Source of the DNA: Octopus sinensis
Taxonomy: Eukaryota
Assembly: GCF_006345805.1 (NCBI RefSeq)
Contig: NC_043023.1
Location: forward strand, 18,228,001-18,292,000
Direction of reading: 5' to 3'
DNA length: 64,000 bases
The notes beneath the pieces were generated by a model, which ran no database searches, had not been told where the DNA came from, and was given only the letters and a program-made list of their open reading frames with translations. Position 1 is the first letter of the stretch. Every line of letters begins with the position of its first letter. A program made the position numbers and the translations under genes. Shown piece by piece: positions 39,000 through 52,787 of this stretch.

Positions 39000-40250
39000 T
39001 AACCACGATTAAGTACTTTCCTCTTTGAAAGCAACCTCATCTCTGTGTGCAAAAGCAGATGTATGTGTTGTGAATCCATATCGATATAAAACTGCTCGAA
39101 TAAACGCCATTTTTTCTGGTCTTGTTTTTATATAATTTACAATCTCAACAGCGTGATTCAAAATTTCGCTTAATTTATCTCCTAATGCTTTTGCCATCAA
39201 TGCTTCTCTATGAAGAAAGCAGTGAGTAATGATGACATTTTTATTTTTAATTTTAAAAAGGATGTCAGGCCCTTAACGCAGCCTACCATTGATGGAACTC
39301 CATCTGTACAAACCCGACACATGGCTTCCATGGTATTTGCCATTTGCACAGGTAACTATTCGAAATGTTGTAAACATCTTCGTCCTTTGTAGTCGCATCT
39401 AATACTCTACAGAAAAGAAATTGATTTACAATTTGATCTTCATCAATAAAAGGAATAAATGCTAAGAGGTGAGCTTTGTGGCGTTGTCTGTTGACTAATC
39501 AATTTGTAATGCAAAATCTGTGGAGGCACATGGCCTAGTGGTTAGAGCAGCGGACTCGCGGTCGAGGGATCGCGGGTTCGAATCTCAGACTGGGTGATGC
39601 GAGTGTTTATGAGCGAAAACACCTAAGCTCCACGCGGCTCCGACAGAAGGTAATGATGGACTTCTGCTGACTCTTCCGCGACAACTTTCTCTCATTCTTT
39701 ACTCCTGCATCTTGCAGCTCACCTGTGACGGACCGGCGTCTCATCCAGGTGGGGAACCTATACGCCAAGAAACCGGGAAACCGGCCCTTATGGCTCAAGA
39801 AGGAACAAACAACAAATGCAAAATCTGAATACTGAAGATTATTACTACAAACGTTTTTTGTTTTCTCGATATTAGATGACATTTCTAGAATACGTCTGAG
39901 AACAGCATCGTTAGAGACAAGGTTCCTATTTACTTCTTTTGCTGCATAATTTCCCAGCATTGTCTTCACAATCTTCTTATACGCAGGCAGAATGAGTGAC
40001 TCGCCTAAAGTATGAGCTTTCATATTTTGTGCTATCGGTTCTGAAACCTCGTAGGAGACGATTTGAGATTTTTTCAGAAATCATCATCGTACTTTCGAAA
40101 GAGTTTCATGCGATCGTCTGCTGTTCTACCTATCTTTTGAAATAACTTATAGATTTACCTTATAAATAAGAGTGCTTGGTTTTTAAATACTTACCCAGTT
40201 TACTAGGAACCAATGATTCATTTCACATTTACATTCACACATGTAATCAA
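39000..40250 (-). mobile_element. hAT (Buster/Charlie, ZBED5/SCAND3-like) transposase remnant
   Basis: KAHTLGESLILPA, SNDAVLRRILEMSSNI, CTDGVPSMVG, HCFLHREALMAK, VEIVNYIKTRP, LLLHTEMRLLSKRKVLNR; frameshifted. Confidence 0.88.
39521..39814 (+). mobile_element. tRNA-derived SINE (family C head, V/Meta-like domain) inserted in the hAT remnant
   Basis: 13 bp TSD AATGCAAAATCTG at 39508-39520 and 39815-39827; contains CCTGTGACGGACCGGCGTCTCATCCAGG; (AAC) tail. Confidence 0.92.
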
Positions 40251-40577
40251 GGAGATCCATGTTGAAATGACCAAGGACGATGGTGAGATGTTTCCTTCGC
40301 AAAGATAAAAGAAGTATCTGTCTACTTCCGAAACTAAACCTACCTGCCTATTTTACATCCCTCTGTGGTCAGTATAGTATAAATCATCCCTCAAGAGTCC
40401 ATAGATACGCGAATAAAATTACTAATAGAGAAACGAAAATAAAACTTTGGAAACAGCAACGCCATCGTAGGTTACATGGAAACGATGAAAGTCATTTTTT
40501 CGACTAAATCCCTTCAAGGCGTTGCCCCAGCACGGCCGCGGTCAAATGATTGAAACAAGTAAAAGAACAAAAGAATG

Positions 40578-40628
<51 letters not shown>

Positions 40629-40797
40629 CGTGTGTGTATGTGTGTGTCTGTGCGTGTGTACGTGTATCTTTCTGTAGAAGAGCGTAGGCTCGAAACATAA
40701 AAGACTTTTCTATTCCTGAGCGCTATACTAATACATCAGTTTGTTTGTACACCACCTGCCTTCGTCTTTTGTTTATTTTCGTAAACGTTCCCTTTAT

Positions 40798-40864
<67 letters not shown>

Positions 40865-40866
<2 letters not shown>

Positions 40867-41229
40867 ATTCCTTTTAATGGAGCACCACCTTTTGTCGAAG
40901 AAATCGACCTCAGGCTTATTCTTTATAACTTAGTCTGTCGGTCTATTTTGCCGAACCGCTAAATTATGGGGACGTAAACATACCAACATCGTTTGTCTAG
41001 TGATGGTGGGAGCACAAACGCAGACACAACCACACAGACACACACACATATATATATATATATATACACGACGGGCGTCTCTCAGTTTCCGCCTACAGAA
41101 TCTACCCACAAGGCTTTGGTGGACTCGAGAGTATAGTAGAAGATACTGGTGTAAGGTGCCACGCAGTGGGACTGAATCCGGGACCCTTTGGTTGGGAGGC
41201 AAGTTTCTTTATGACACAGCCACTCATGC
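40865..41229 (-). mobile_element. SINE family A, diverged
   Basis: Reverse-strand match to family A. Confidence 0.8.
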
Positions 41230-41234
41230 GTGCA

Positions 41235-41289
<55 letters not shown>

Positions 41290-41363
41290 ATATATATATA
41301 TTATATATATATATATATATATATTCGTATTGAGATAAAAAAAACAAGGCTGTGTATAGATTA

Positions 41364-41398
<35 letters not shown>

Positions 41399-42074
41399 GG
41401 CGCAGGTAACAGGTTCAGTCCCACTGTATTGCACCTTGGGCATGTTGGATCGGCCAAATCCTTCTGAGAGGATCTCATAGACGGAAACTGAAAGAGCCCT
41501 GTCATATATTGGTGTGTTTACGTCCCCGTAACTTGGCGGTTCGGCAAAAGGACCCGATAGAATAAGTACTAGACTTACAAAGAATAAGTCCTGGGGTCTA
41601 TTTCTTTGACTTAAGCCGGTGCTCCAACCTGGCCGCTGTCAAATGGCTGAAACAAGTAAAAGAATAAAAGAATATATATGTGCAGGAGTGGCTGTGTGGT
41701 AAGTAGCTTGCTAAACAACCACATGGTTGCGGGTTCAGTCCCACTGCGTGGCATCTTGGGCAAGTGTCTTCTGCTATAGCCCCGGGCCGACCAATGCCTT
41801 GTGAGTGGATTTGGTAGACGGAAACTGAAAGAAGCCTGTCGTATATATATATGTATGTGAGTGTGTTTGTGTGTCTGTGTTTGTCCCCCTAGCATTGCTT
41901 GACAACCGATGCTGGTGTGTTTACGTCCCCGTCACCTAGCGGTTCGGCAAAACAGACCGATAGAATAAGTACTAGGCTTACAAAGAATAAGTCCCGGGGT
42001 CGATTTGTTCGCCTAAAGGCGGTGCTCCAGCCTGGCCGCTGTCAAATGGCTGAAACAAGTAAAAGAATAAAAGA
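41399..42074 (+). mobile_element. Two tandem SINE family A copies (41399-41672 internally deleted; 41681-42074 full length)
   Basis: Both end CTGAAACAAGTAAAAGAATAAAAG; duplication copy A has only one SINE tail at this position. Confidence 0.88.
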
Positions 42075-42239
42075 ATATATATGTATAATGTTGTAAAGTG
42101 ACACACGAGTTGATGTGTTCAAGGAAAATAAGACAACGAAGAAAATTCTAAAACATGTTATCATGAAATTCATTTTGTAACAGTTAGTACTTGTTTCTGT
42201 CTTTTCGACGTATTTTGACTAAGAGTAAAATATAGGTTC

Positions 42240-42507
42240 TCTTATTCTTTAAATTGTTTCAGTCATTTGGCTGCGGCCGTGCTGGAGCACCGCCTTTAGT
42301 CGAGCAAATCGATCCCAGCACTTAACCATTAATAGCCTAGTACTTATTCTATCAGTTTCTTTTGCCAAACCACTAGGTTATGGGGACGTAAACACACCAG
42401 TATCGGATGTCAATCGATATTGGAGGTACAAAACCACAAAGACACACACATATATACACATACGCACGCGCACGGCGCATACACACACGCAAGCACACAC
42501 ACACATA

Positions 42508-42538
<31 letters not shown>

Positions 42539-42686
42539 ATATATATATATATATATATATATATACGACAGGCCTCTTTCAGTTTCTGTCCACTAAATCC
42601 ACTCACAAGGACTTGGTCGGCACGAGGCTATAGTAGAAGACACTTGCCCAAGGTGCCACGCAGTGGGACTGAACGCGGAACCATGG
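42240..42686 (-). mobile_element. SINE family A
   Basis: Paralog of 19285-19677. Confidence 0.85.
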
Positions 42687-43000
42687 GTATAAATTAAGAA
42701 GATAAAAATTAAATCGAAGCAAAATAAAATTTAATGAAGAGTAAGTGAGAGAACAATGGAAATGTCTTACCTATTTGAAGATTATGAAAATATTTGCAAA
42801 AAACATTTCATTTAATTTTTCTTTGATTTAATTGGCTTTCTTGATTAATATTCACCTATTTTTACTCTTAGCTGAAAAAATCGAAAAGACAGAAAGGGGT
42901 GCTACCCGTTACAAAATGTATTTCATGATAAAGTTATTCTTTGCATTTTCTACCTTATCTTATTTTCCTTATGTCTGTCCCCTCTCTCTCTCTCTCTATC

Positions 43001-43041
<41 letters not shown>

Positions 43042-43479
43042 ATGTGTGTGTATACTGTCGTGTCCAGATGAATCGTATTGTTTTGATACCTTATATTCTA
43101 ACACACACACAGGTTTGATTTCCACTCATTCATTATTTATAATTTTTCTTCTAAAATTTTCTTTGCTTTTGCAACATTGTCAACATCCATTGCCAAGGTT
43201 GCAAAAGCAACGAAAATTATAGAATTCATGGCTATTAATTAAATAGAATGAATACTAGGTTCCGCGTGGTGACAGAGAATATTTAACTTCAGTTCTTTTC
43301 TTTTCCTTTCATCTATCAATCTTTGACTCTTTCTTAAAAGTTCACAAGCAGAAATAATCTTTTTAATCGTTACTTTTTAATTTTTAGCTCTTAATTTTTC
43401 ACAGTTAATTTTCAAAGTATTCTCTTAACTTACGCATCTGTTTCTAACATTTTATTTCTCCTTACTGACCACTGAACTA

Positions 43480-44300
43480 AAGTTAGATATTCTTTCTCAC
43501 CATGCTGACCCTAGAATCCATCTAATTAATTACCCCCCTTCTCCACTTTACCAAAACTGGCCCCTCAACCCGGACCAAGAATAATTCACGTCTCTTTCCT
43601 CTTATCTTTATCCTTATTTTTATTTTTCATTTCTCATTTTTGTTTTTACTTTCACTCTCATTCTTTTCAACACGTATCCTCTTCCTTTCTTTTCTTTCTA
43701 TTCTCTCTTCACTCACAACCCTCTTCTCTCTGATCTCTCGCTCTTTCTTTCACACTATACCTTCACGCGGTCCATTTTCCTACAAGCTAACCACTAAGTC
43801 TATTCCTTCAATCTGAACGCAACATTCAAAATACAGTCGGGATTTATCTGGCATTATACTTAAGGACCTATACCTTCACGGAAGTACGGACTAATCTCCA
43901 TACACTCCAGAACAAGATGAGCTCTGAACTTTATTCTCCTGTCTTTATTCTTCTGTCTACAGCTTTATTCTTTTATACACCGTGAATTCCCTGTCTGGAA
44001 CTTTCCAAAATATGCACCTTGTCTCCAATGACAGAATTCCGAGATACTGACACGTCATGTGGGATATCCCTAAAACAGCTGTAAAGCATTAATTACTTCT
44101 ACTTCACCTTATTCTAATTAAAAATTCTAAATGAACTGAGATGCTCGTCCTGCCTCGGTTTTGTTGTCCATTTGACTTTAATATATAACAGCTAACTTGG
44201 AAGCTTACTACGGATCCGTAGCTCCAACCTCAGCAGTGAACTTGGAACCTGACGGATGACCAATTATAGCACTTATACAGCGTAGCTATTCGTTTACGAA
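43480..44300 (+). mobile_element. Non-coding interspersed repeat family D (Penelope pLTR-like), old copy
   Basis: Shares GGATCCxTAGCTCCAxCCTCAG...TTCGTTTA and GGGATATCCC..AAACAGCTGTA blocks with 45470-46020, 52050-52560 and 20514-20785. Confidence 0.65.
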
Positions 44301-44314
44301 CTATACACTATATG

Positions 44315-44378
<64 letters not shown>

Positions 44379-44381
44379 TAT

Positions 44382-44431
<50 letters not shown>

Positions 44432-45114
44432 GCATGCGTATACATGTATTTTTTAAGAAGTGCTGTCGAATTTCATATTTATCCTTCGTAACAACTACGT
44501 AAATAATCTTCCCCAATCTATTAACCCAAAATTGTAATGTTATGAGTGGGATTTTTTGTTATTCATTTTATTCTTCCTTTTAGATTCACGCCTTAACTCC
44601 CACCGCAACTCTTCTTGCTCAATAAAAGATTTACTTTCAAATTTTAATATATTTGAGACATAACTTTCTTTTATGCAATTGCGACTGTCTTTCGTATTTT
44701 ATCAATACATCGACCAACCCACATACACATACATACGTATGTATGAATTTCTGTATGTATGTATGTATGTATGTATGTATGTATGTATGTATGTATGTAT
44801 GTATGTATGTGTGTACGTGTGAGAGTTTGTATGTATATCTGTGTGTATGTTTAAGTGTTCGTGTGTACTTGCCATGACGCAGTTTGTGTATACATAACAT
44901 ACACGCATCAAACCTTTATTGTATTAGAGAACAAACGAAATAGTAACATCTTTCAAACTCTTTCTTTACATCTTGCTTACACACAATTAACCTCCTGCTT
45001 TACACAAACATATGTATACATGTATATATGTGGGTGTATGTATTTAAGTACCTATCTACCTATCTATCTATCTATCTCTATCTATCTATCTATCTATCTG
45101 TCTGTCTATCAATA

Positions 45115-45152
<38 letters not shown>

Positions 45153-45234
45153 CCTACCTATGTATGTATGAATGTATAAATATATACATATATACATATG
45201 TAGTTATGTATATACGTATATAAATATATGTATG

Positions 45235-45272
<38 letters not shown>

Positions 45273-45361
45273 CGATATCTGTGTATCTATCTATCTAACT
45301 ACCTATGTATGTATATATGTATAAATATATACATATATTCATATGTATTTATGTATATACG

Positions 45362-45396
<35 letters not shown>

Positions 45397-45469
45397 TATA
45401 TAATATATATATATATATATTATATATATATATACATACATGTATACATACATATATACATACACACTC

Positions 45470-46020
45470 CTATATTGCCAAAATACCATCTGGATTTATC
45501 TTGAATTATACTTAAGTGCCTATATCCTCACGGAAGTACGAACCAACCTCCATACCGCAAGAAGATGAGTTGTGAACGTTACACTACTATCTGTATTCTT
45601 CTACCTACTGTTTTACTCTTTATTCTTATCTCTGGTATTTTATTTCTTATAAACCGTGAATTCCCAGTGTAGAACATTCATATGTACTCACCTTGACTTT
45701 GATGTACGGTCACGCTAGCCAATCACTTGGGATATCCCAGAAACAGCTGTACGGCATCCAATAGTTAAATACTTAACTATTTAATTGCTTAATTACTTCA
45801 CATTCACCTTGCTCTAATTAAATATTTTAAATGACCTGACATACTCGTCCAGTTTTGGTTTTTGTTGTCATTTTTCCTCTAATATATACCTGCTGAATCG
45901 GAAGCCTAATACGGGTCCCTAGATCCAGCCTCAGCTATGAACGTGGTATCTAACGGATGACAAATTATAGCAATTAATCAGCGTACCTGTTCGTTTAGAT
46001 CATCAGTGAACTAAACACCC
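45470..46020 (+). mobile_element. Repeat family D copy
   Basis: Collinear with 43840-44300. Confidence 0.65.
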
Positions 46021-46161
46021 TTAGTGAATATTCTGTATAAATATTCTGTATACACACGGATATATATATATATATATATAATAAAATATTAGGGAATAAA
46101 TCCAAACTTACAGGGAAAAATCAGATTTAGGATTGAATCCAATTTTATAGTAAAATATTTT

Positions 46162-46370
46162 ATTATATTAAATTAGAGATAAAACCACTATTAGGCAAAT
46201 CATACAATGAAAAACTTAAGCCAATACATAAGATTATTTAACTTATATTTTTTAAATATAAAATTTTGTTATATATTTAAATGATATAAATTAAATAATC
46301 TTATGTATTGGCTTAAGTTTTTCATTGTATGATTTGCCTAATAGTGGTTTTGTCTCTAATTTAATATAAT
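46162..46370. repeat. Inverted repeat (~80 bp arms) in (TA)n
   Basis: 46162-46241 is mirrored by 46291-46370. Confidence 0.9.
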
Positions 46371-47292
46371 ATATATATATATATGAAGTGTCATTCAATA
46401 TGACTGAAGGTGTTACAATACCTATGCCGCTAGAAATAAGAGCTATGGCTCTGTTGCTGCTGTCAACGCACATATGATTTTATACATACATTCCAGCAGC
46501 GACTGTAGATGAAAGCGAGTGACAACTACTGACATCTATATACCGTACGGTTTCATCTCTACACCGGTATATATGTATATATGTAGATCGGTATACATGT
46601 GCATGATAGCAGCAACAGAGCCATTTAGCTCTTATATATAGCACCTTCAGTCAGTTAGCTCTTATTTCTAACACTTTCAGTCATATCTAATGACGTTTAT
46701 TGTTTTCCTTTTAGGTGAAACTCTGCTAACTAGCTGCCTCATTTAATTACACAACTTATACTCTCACACACACATAAATACATTTGTACACCTGTATATA
46801 TGCAACTATCAGTCTATGTCCAATATTTCTGGGTCGTGTGTGTAGAGTCCTGAGTTATCTCCTCCACACGTTCCAATCAGAAGGAACTGGCATTACACTT
46901 TCCGACTGGATTCCCTCGATTGGCAAAATAATATTCTCCAAACAACTCGTTGTTTGTCTACCCCTATAGAGCCTGTCGATTGGTTCGGGTTGAGGAATCC
47001 GTTTTGCACCTCATTTCTTAAACATCCTAATCCCATGACAATCGTACCGGAAGTATATACACCTTGTGGGGAAAACTAATGATTCGACTTGGGGGAATTT
47101 CCATGTATTCGAGCTACGTTCAGTGTCTCGCAAGTATATATATATATATATATATATATATCTGTGTATGTGTGTATATGTGCTTATTTCTCTGCAGATG
47201 AAACATGTAGTATAAATACATACATACATACCTATTTACCTGCATGCATACATATTATACATTATATATATATATATATAGATATAATATAT

Positions 47293-47339
<47 letters not shown>

Positions 47340-47840
47340 TAATATATATATATATATAGTTCAAATTTACATGACACAAAAGTCGAAAGAAGGTGAGGGA
47401 AGAACAATCAAATGTTTTAATTTGGGAAGAATGGAAAAACCTATGACGTGTCGAGCCTACGCTCTTCGATAGAAAATGTTGAGATGAATAAATGGAGAGA
47501 GAACGAAAAGAAAAGGACGGGGATAAAATATGGGTTGGGATCAATGGTTCGACGTAATGTATGCATATATATATATATATATATAAGTTTAACAATTAAG
47601 GATAATCTCTTAATAAGGGATCTTAAGAAGAAAATTATGGGTAGTTAGCGTGAAAACCTCATAAAAGAAAAGAATTCGAAAACAATTTTTTTCTTTGACA
47701 AATTAATTATATCTATATTGTATAGAGGGCATTATTAAACATAAATGCTCACACTAAGAGGGACAAAGTCATTACTACCAAAATTATACTAATCATACCT
47801 AAATGCAGTTTTCAAAGCAAGACATTTAAAAAATGAATTT

Positions 47841-47898
47841 AGTTCTGTATCACCGTGATTTCACATTCAACTTACGTCTTATGATCATCAGCAGAACT
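47841..47898 (-). ncRNA. Type I hammerhead ribozyme
   Basis: Minus strand AGTTCTG-CTGATGA-TCATAAGACGTAAGTTGAATGT-GAAA-TCACGGTGA-TA^CAGAACT; perfect 7 bp stem I. Confidence 0.85.
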
Positions 47899-48607
47899 GA
47901 TTCTGAACACATCATAAATAAACAACCAACCTTACGTAGCGAAGACGAACAGACAACTGCCTACTCCGGCCAAGCACATGGAATGTTATAAATCATATAT
48001 CCGGTAAATGGCGGGCTTTTTACGAACTGCATGTCGGGTAATGAAAAGTATTTCGGAATAAGTTAACAATTAAGGATAATCTCTTAATAAGGGATCTTAA
48101 CAAGAAATTATCGGGTAGTTAGCGTGAAAACCTCATAAAAGAAAAGAATTCGAAAATAATTTTTTTTCTTTTGAACAAATTAATTATATCTATATTGTAT
48201 AGAGGGCATTATTACACATAAATGCCTCACACTAAGATTAATATAATTTTGGTAGTAATGACTTTGTCCCTCTAGTGTGAGGCATTTATGTGTAATAATG
48301 CCCTCTATACAATATAGATATAATTAATTTGTTCAAAAGAAAAAAATTATTTTCGAATTCTTTTCTTTTATGAGGTTTTCACGCTAACTACCCGATAATT
48401 TCTTGTTAAGATCCCTTATTAAGAGATTATCCTTAATTGTTAAACTTATTCCGAAATACTTTTCATTACCCGACATGCAGTTCGTAAAAAGCCCGCCATT
48501 TACCGGATATATGATTTATAAACATTCCATGTGCTTGGCGGAGTAGGCAGTTGTCTGTTCGTCTTCGCTACGTAAGGTTGGTTGTTTATTATGATGTGTT
48601 CAGAATC

Positions 48608-48665
48608 AGTTCTACTGATGATCATAAGACGTAAGTTGAATGTGAAATCACGGTGATACAGAACT
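48608..48665 (+). ncRNA. Type I hammerhead ribozyme (one stem I mismatch)
   Basis: AGTTCTA-CTGATGA-...-GAAA-TCACGGTGA-TA^CAGAACT. Confidence 0.78.
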
Positions 48666-49083
48666 AAATCATTTTTTAAATGTCTTGCTTTGAAAAACTG
48701 CATTTAGGTATGATTAGTATAATTTTGGTAGTAATGACTTTGTCCCTCTTAGTGTGAGGCATTTATGTGTAATAATGCCCTCTATACAATATAGATATAA
48801 TTAATTTGTTCAAAAGAAAAAAATATTTTCGAATTCTTTTCTTTTATGAGGTTTTCACGCTAACTACCCGATAATTTCTTGTTAAGATCCTTATTAAGAG
48901 ATTATCCTTAATTGTTAAACTTATTCCGAAATACTTTTCATTACCCGACATGAAGTTCGTAAAAAGCCCGCCATTTACCGGATATATGATTTTAAACATT
49001 CCATGTGCTTGGCCGGAGTAGGCAGTTGTCTGTTCGTCTTCGCTACGTAAGGTTGGTTGTTTATTTATGATGTGTTCAGAATC

Positions 49084-49141
49084 AGTTCTGCTGATGATCA
49101 TAAGACGTAAGTTGAATGTGAAATCACGGTGATACAGAACT
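49084..49141 (+). ncRNA. Type I hammerhead ribozyme
   Basis: AGTTCTG-CTGATGA(49091-97)-stem II with GTAA tetraloop-GAAA(49120-23)-TCACGGTGA-TA^CAGAACT; predicted cut after 49134. Confidence 0.85.
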
Positions 49142-49263
49142 AAATTCATTTTTAAATGTCTTGCTTTGAAAAACTGCATTTAGGTATGATTAGTATAATT
49201 TTGGTAGTAATGACTTTGTCCCTCTAGTGTGAGGCATTTATGTGTAATAATGCCCTCTATACA

Positions 49264-49338
<75 letters not shown>

Positions 49339-49430
49339 GTTACGTAGAAAGTTTACGTCGTCGCAATGATTATGATATATACACCTTTTGCATTCACGTC
49401 TCAACTCCTACCACACACACTATATATATA

Positions 49431-49516
<86 letters not shown>

Positions 49517-51381
49517 CTGTCGCAATGATTATGATATATAATCCTTTTGAATTCACGCCTCAACTCCTACTGCAACACTCGTTGTTGAATAGAATATTTG
49601 CTTGGGTATTTCGATAATTTGGAGACGTAATTCATTGCACAATTGTGAATATCTTTTGTATTTTATCAATATGGTGACCATCCCAAATATAGACACATAT
49701 AAACACTCACACATTCGCAAATATGTGTGTGTGCGTGTGTGTTTGTACATACATATGCGTAGGCATTATGTAATTGTATAAAATCATACACAATATAAAC
49801 CTTTGTAAACTTTATTGCATTTGAGAGCAAATGAAATTAGTGACTTTTCTGCTTAACATCCTAGCTACACCCAAGAAATATCCGCCTCACACTTACTCGC
49901 ACACAAACACACACTCATACACATAGACGTGTGTGTGTGTATGAATATCTCTGTGTGTATATACGAATGTGACCACTTTGTCACTATGCAGCTGCGCCCT
50001 ATTCCGGTATTTGTAGAGATTTCAATGCCAAAGTTTGGTACAAATCCTTCTATGGTCATCCATCCCTATTCTGCCGGACATCTTTTCCGGTGTGTATGAA
50101 AGTGTGTGTATATAAAAGTACACACATATATATTTATATTATTATATTTATGTGTATATGAATGCATTTTTATTTGTGTTTTCCCTATCTTTTCATCTCG
50201 GAACTGTCGTAAACGAGCCTCACCATCACACAAAAGTTGAGATTAATCTTTAACTGCCTGTTTAAAAATATGTCCATCTTTGACAATGTTGTATCTTTCT
50301 CGGAAAGAGGCGATGGCTAGCGAGAGGAAAGGGATTCGTGTGTAGAATATTTGAACAATGAACACCGTTCGACCCAAGCATTATGAACTGAGGGACGATA
50401 CAATCATGACGACGACGACGACGATGATGATGATGATGATGATGGTGATCAACATCATCATCATAGCATTTTGTTCTCTCATTTGCTTCAGTGACCTTGA
50501 AGCTTATTGCTGCAGCAATGTGAATTGTTTTACTCTATGAAACTGAATTCCGTAATTGTTTGAAGCAGTCTAACCAACTCAAAATCATAATTTTATGCTA
50601 AATTTCAGTACAAGTGTGGGATACTGCCAACTGTAAAGAATGACATAACCTTCTAAATAGACGTAATGATGGGACTTCTTTTAATATCTGGAAAACACCA
50701 TTGTTGATTCCTATCATTACTCTAGCCTAGTTGGTTCCTATAGCCAGTAAAAGTTTTATATCTAATTTCGTTTTCACTAATTAAATTTTTAAAACATCTT
50801 CAATGCCATCTACACCACGTATTTCTAAAGATAATATTCTGAAATATGTATGTACCACCGGTGGAGGCGGAGGAGCTGGAAAAGTTCATAACTTAATAAA
50901 GATCCTTATGAAAAATTTTCATTTGAAGCTTCAAGAAAGTGAAAACAAAAATTCAATAATAACCGATTTTACTAAACTTTGGCTATAAGATAAATTAACG
51001 AAAGTAGAAAACGAAGAAAAAGATGAAAAAAGGGTAACTATTGAGATAATGTCATGATCAGAGAAAAATTCAAAATAAAATTTTAAATCTACTATTTTTC
51101 CTGCTAAATGCTGAATTCAAAACTTTTTGCTAAATGCTGAAAAAAAAATGCTAGATCTATCATAAATATGCTAAATTGGCAACCCTGGTGTGAAGCCTTC
51201 TAATTATTCTTTCTCAACTCTTATATGCTAAGTTACTCGCATTGTGTGGTAAGTAGCTTGCTAACCAACCACATGGTTCCGGGTTCAGTTCCACTGCGTT
51301 GGGACTTGCTCGACTAAAAGGCGGTGCTCCAGCATGGCCGCAGTCATATGACTGAAACAAGTAAAAGAGAGTAAAAGAGAG

Positions 51382-51426
<45 letters not shown>

Positions 51427-51586
51427 TTATATATATATATATATATAATATATATAGTGAAAGTAAATAAGTTCTATAATGGTTTTAAAAAAAAACCAAC
51501 AATTATTTACTGGTAGGTTTCGGTATGTAAATTTAGCCGATTAACGGTAGGAACTTCTGTAAAGTTCAGTATATATATTTTATATA

Positions 51587-51838
51587 AATAAGAGGCGCAG
51601 GAAACAGGTTGCTTGGCCGCATACCGAAAAAATTAGAAATAGCAGTCAAGACTGTTTATTTCTATTATCTGCATGTGGGACTCCACACATGACATACCTG
51701 TAATTCACATATGCAAAACAGAAGGAATAAATAACGTGTGTGGAGCCCCACTTGTAGATAATAGAAATAAACAGTCTTCACTGCTATTTCTAATTTTTTC
51801 GGTATGTGAACAAGCAACCTGTTGCCTGCGCCTCTTAT

Positions 51839-51839
<1 letters not shown>
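51587..51839. repeat. Inverted repeat (~100 bp arms) in (TA)n
   Basis: AATAAGAGGCGCAGG...CTCCACAC is mirrored by GTGTGGAG...CCTGCGCCTCTTATT. Confidence 0.9.
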
Positions 51840-51927
<88 letters not shown>

Positions 51928-51932
51928 ACATA

Positions 51933-52012
<80 letters not shown>

Positions 52013-52049
52013 TATACATATACATATATGTGTGTGTGTGTGTATTTGT

Positions 52050-52560
52050 ATATTAATTAAAGGGAAACGGAGAATATAAATCGAAGGCAGGAAGAATATC
52101 TCAAGTCATTTACAATATTTAATTTGAAGTCCTCCAGTCGTTTCTAGGATATCCCAAGTGATAGGCTAGCATGTGCGTACACTGAGTATTCCAACATCAG
52201 AGACTATACGACTAATTGTGAAAGATCTAGACAGGGAATTTCACAAGTTAAAAGGCATGAAATGGGAAATAGAAGAATATCAGTAGATAGAAGAATACAG
52301 AGAGGAGTTTAATGTTCACAGCACATCCTTTTCCAGAGGGTAGGGACGTAAGTTCGCACTTCGATGAAGTACTTGAGATACCCTCGCTGCCTTGATTTGT
52401 GTTGTCCTTTTTCTTTTAATTAATATAGACCAGCTAACTCAGACGCCTAACACGGATCCCTAGCTCCAGCCTCAGATGTGAAATTGGAACGTAACGGATA
52501 ATCGAATATAGCATTTGTCAGCGTATCTATTCGTTTAGATCACCAAGGAATTACAGACAT
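52050..52560. mobile_element. Repeat family D copy with an internal inversion
   Basis: 52050-52350 matches family D in reverse orientation; 52370-52560 matches it in forward orientation. Confidence 0.65.
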
Positions 52561-52574
52561 ATATACATATATAT

Positions 52575-52738
52575 GCGCAGGAGTGGCTGTGTGGTAAGTA
52601 ATTTGCTAACCAACCACATGGTCCCGGATTCAGTCCAACTGAGTGGCATCTTGGGCAAGTGTCTTCTGCTATAGCTCCGAGCCGACCAATATCTTGTGAG
52701 TGGATTTGGTAGACGGAAACTGAAAGAAGCTTGTCGTA

Positions 52739-52787
<49 letters not shown>

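Larger units (their letters stand above)
47583..49265. mobile_element. Array of ~475 bp units with an internal inversion, retrozyme-like
   Basis: About 1.4 units in one orientation (47583-48237), then about 2.2 units inverted (48243-49265); one hammerhead per full unit; flanked by (TA)n. Confidence 0.9.

Noticed and set aside
48500-49179. Repeated 67-111 aa ORFs (MQFFKARHLK...) in the 475-nt array
   Set aside because: The frame differs between copies because of indels, and no domain is recognisable.
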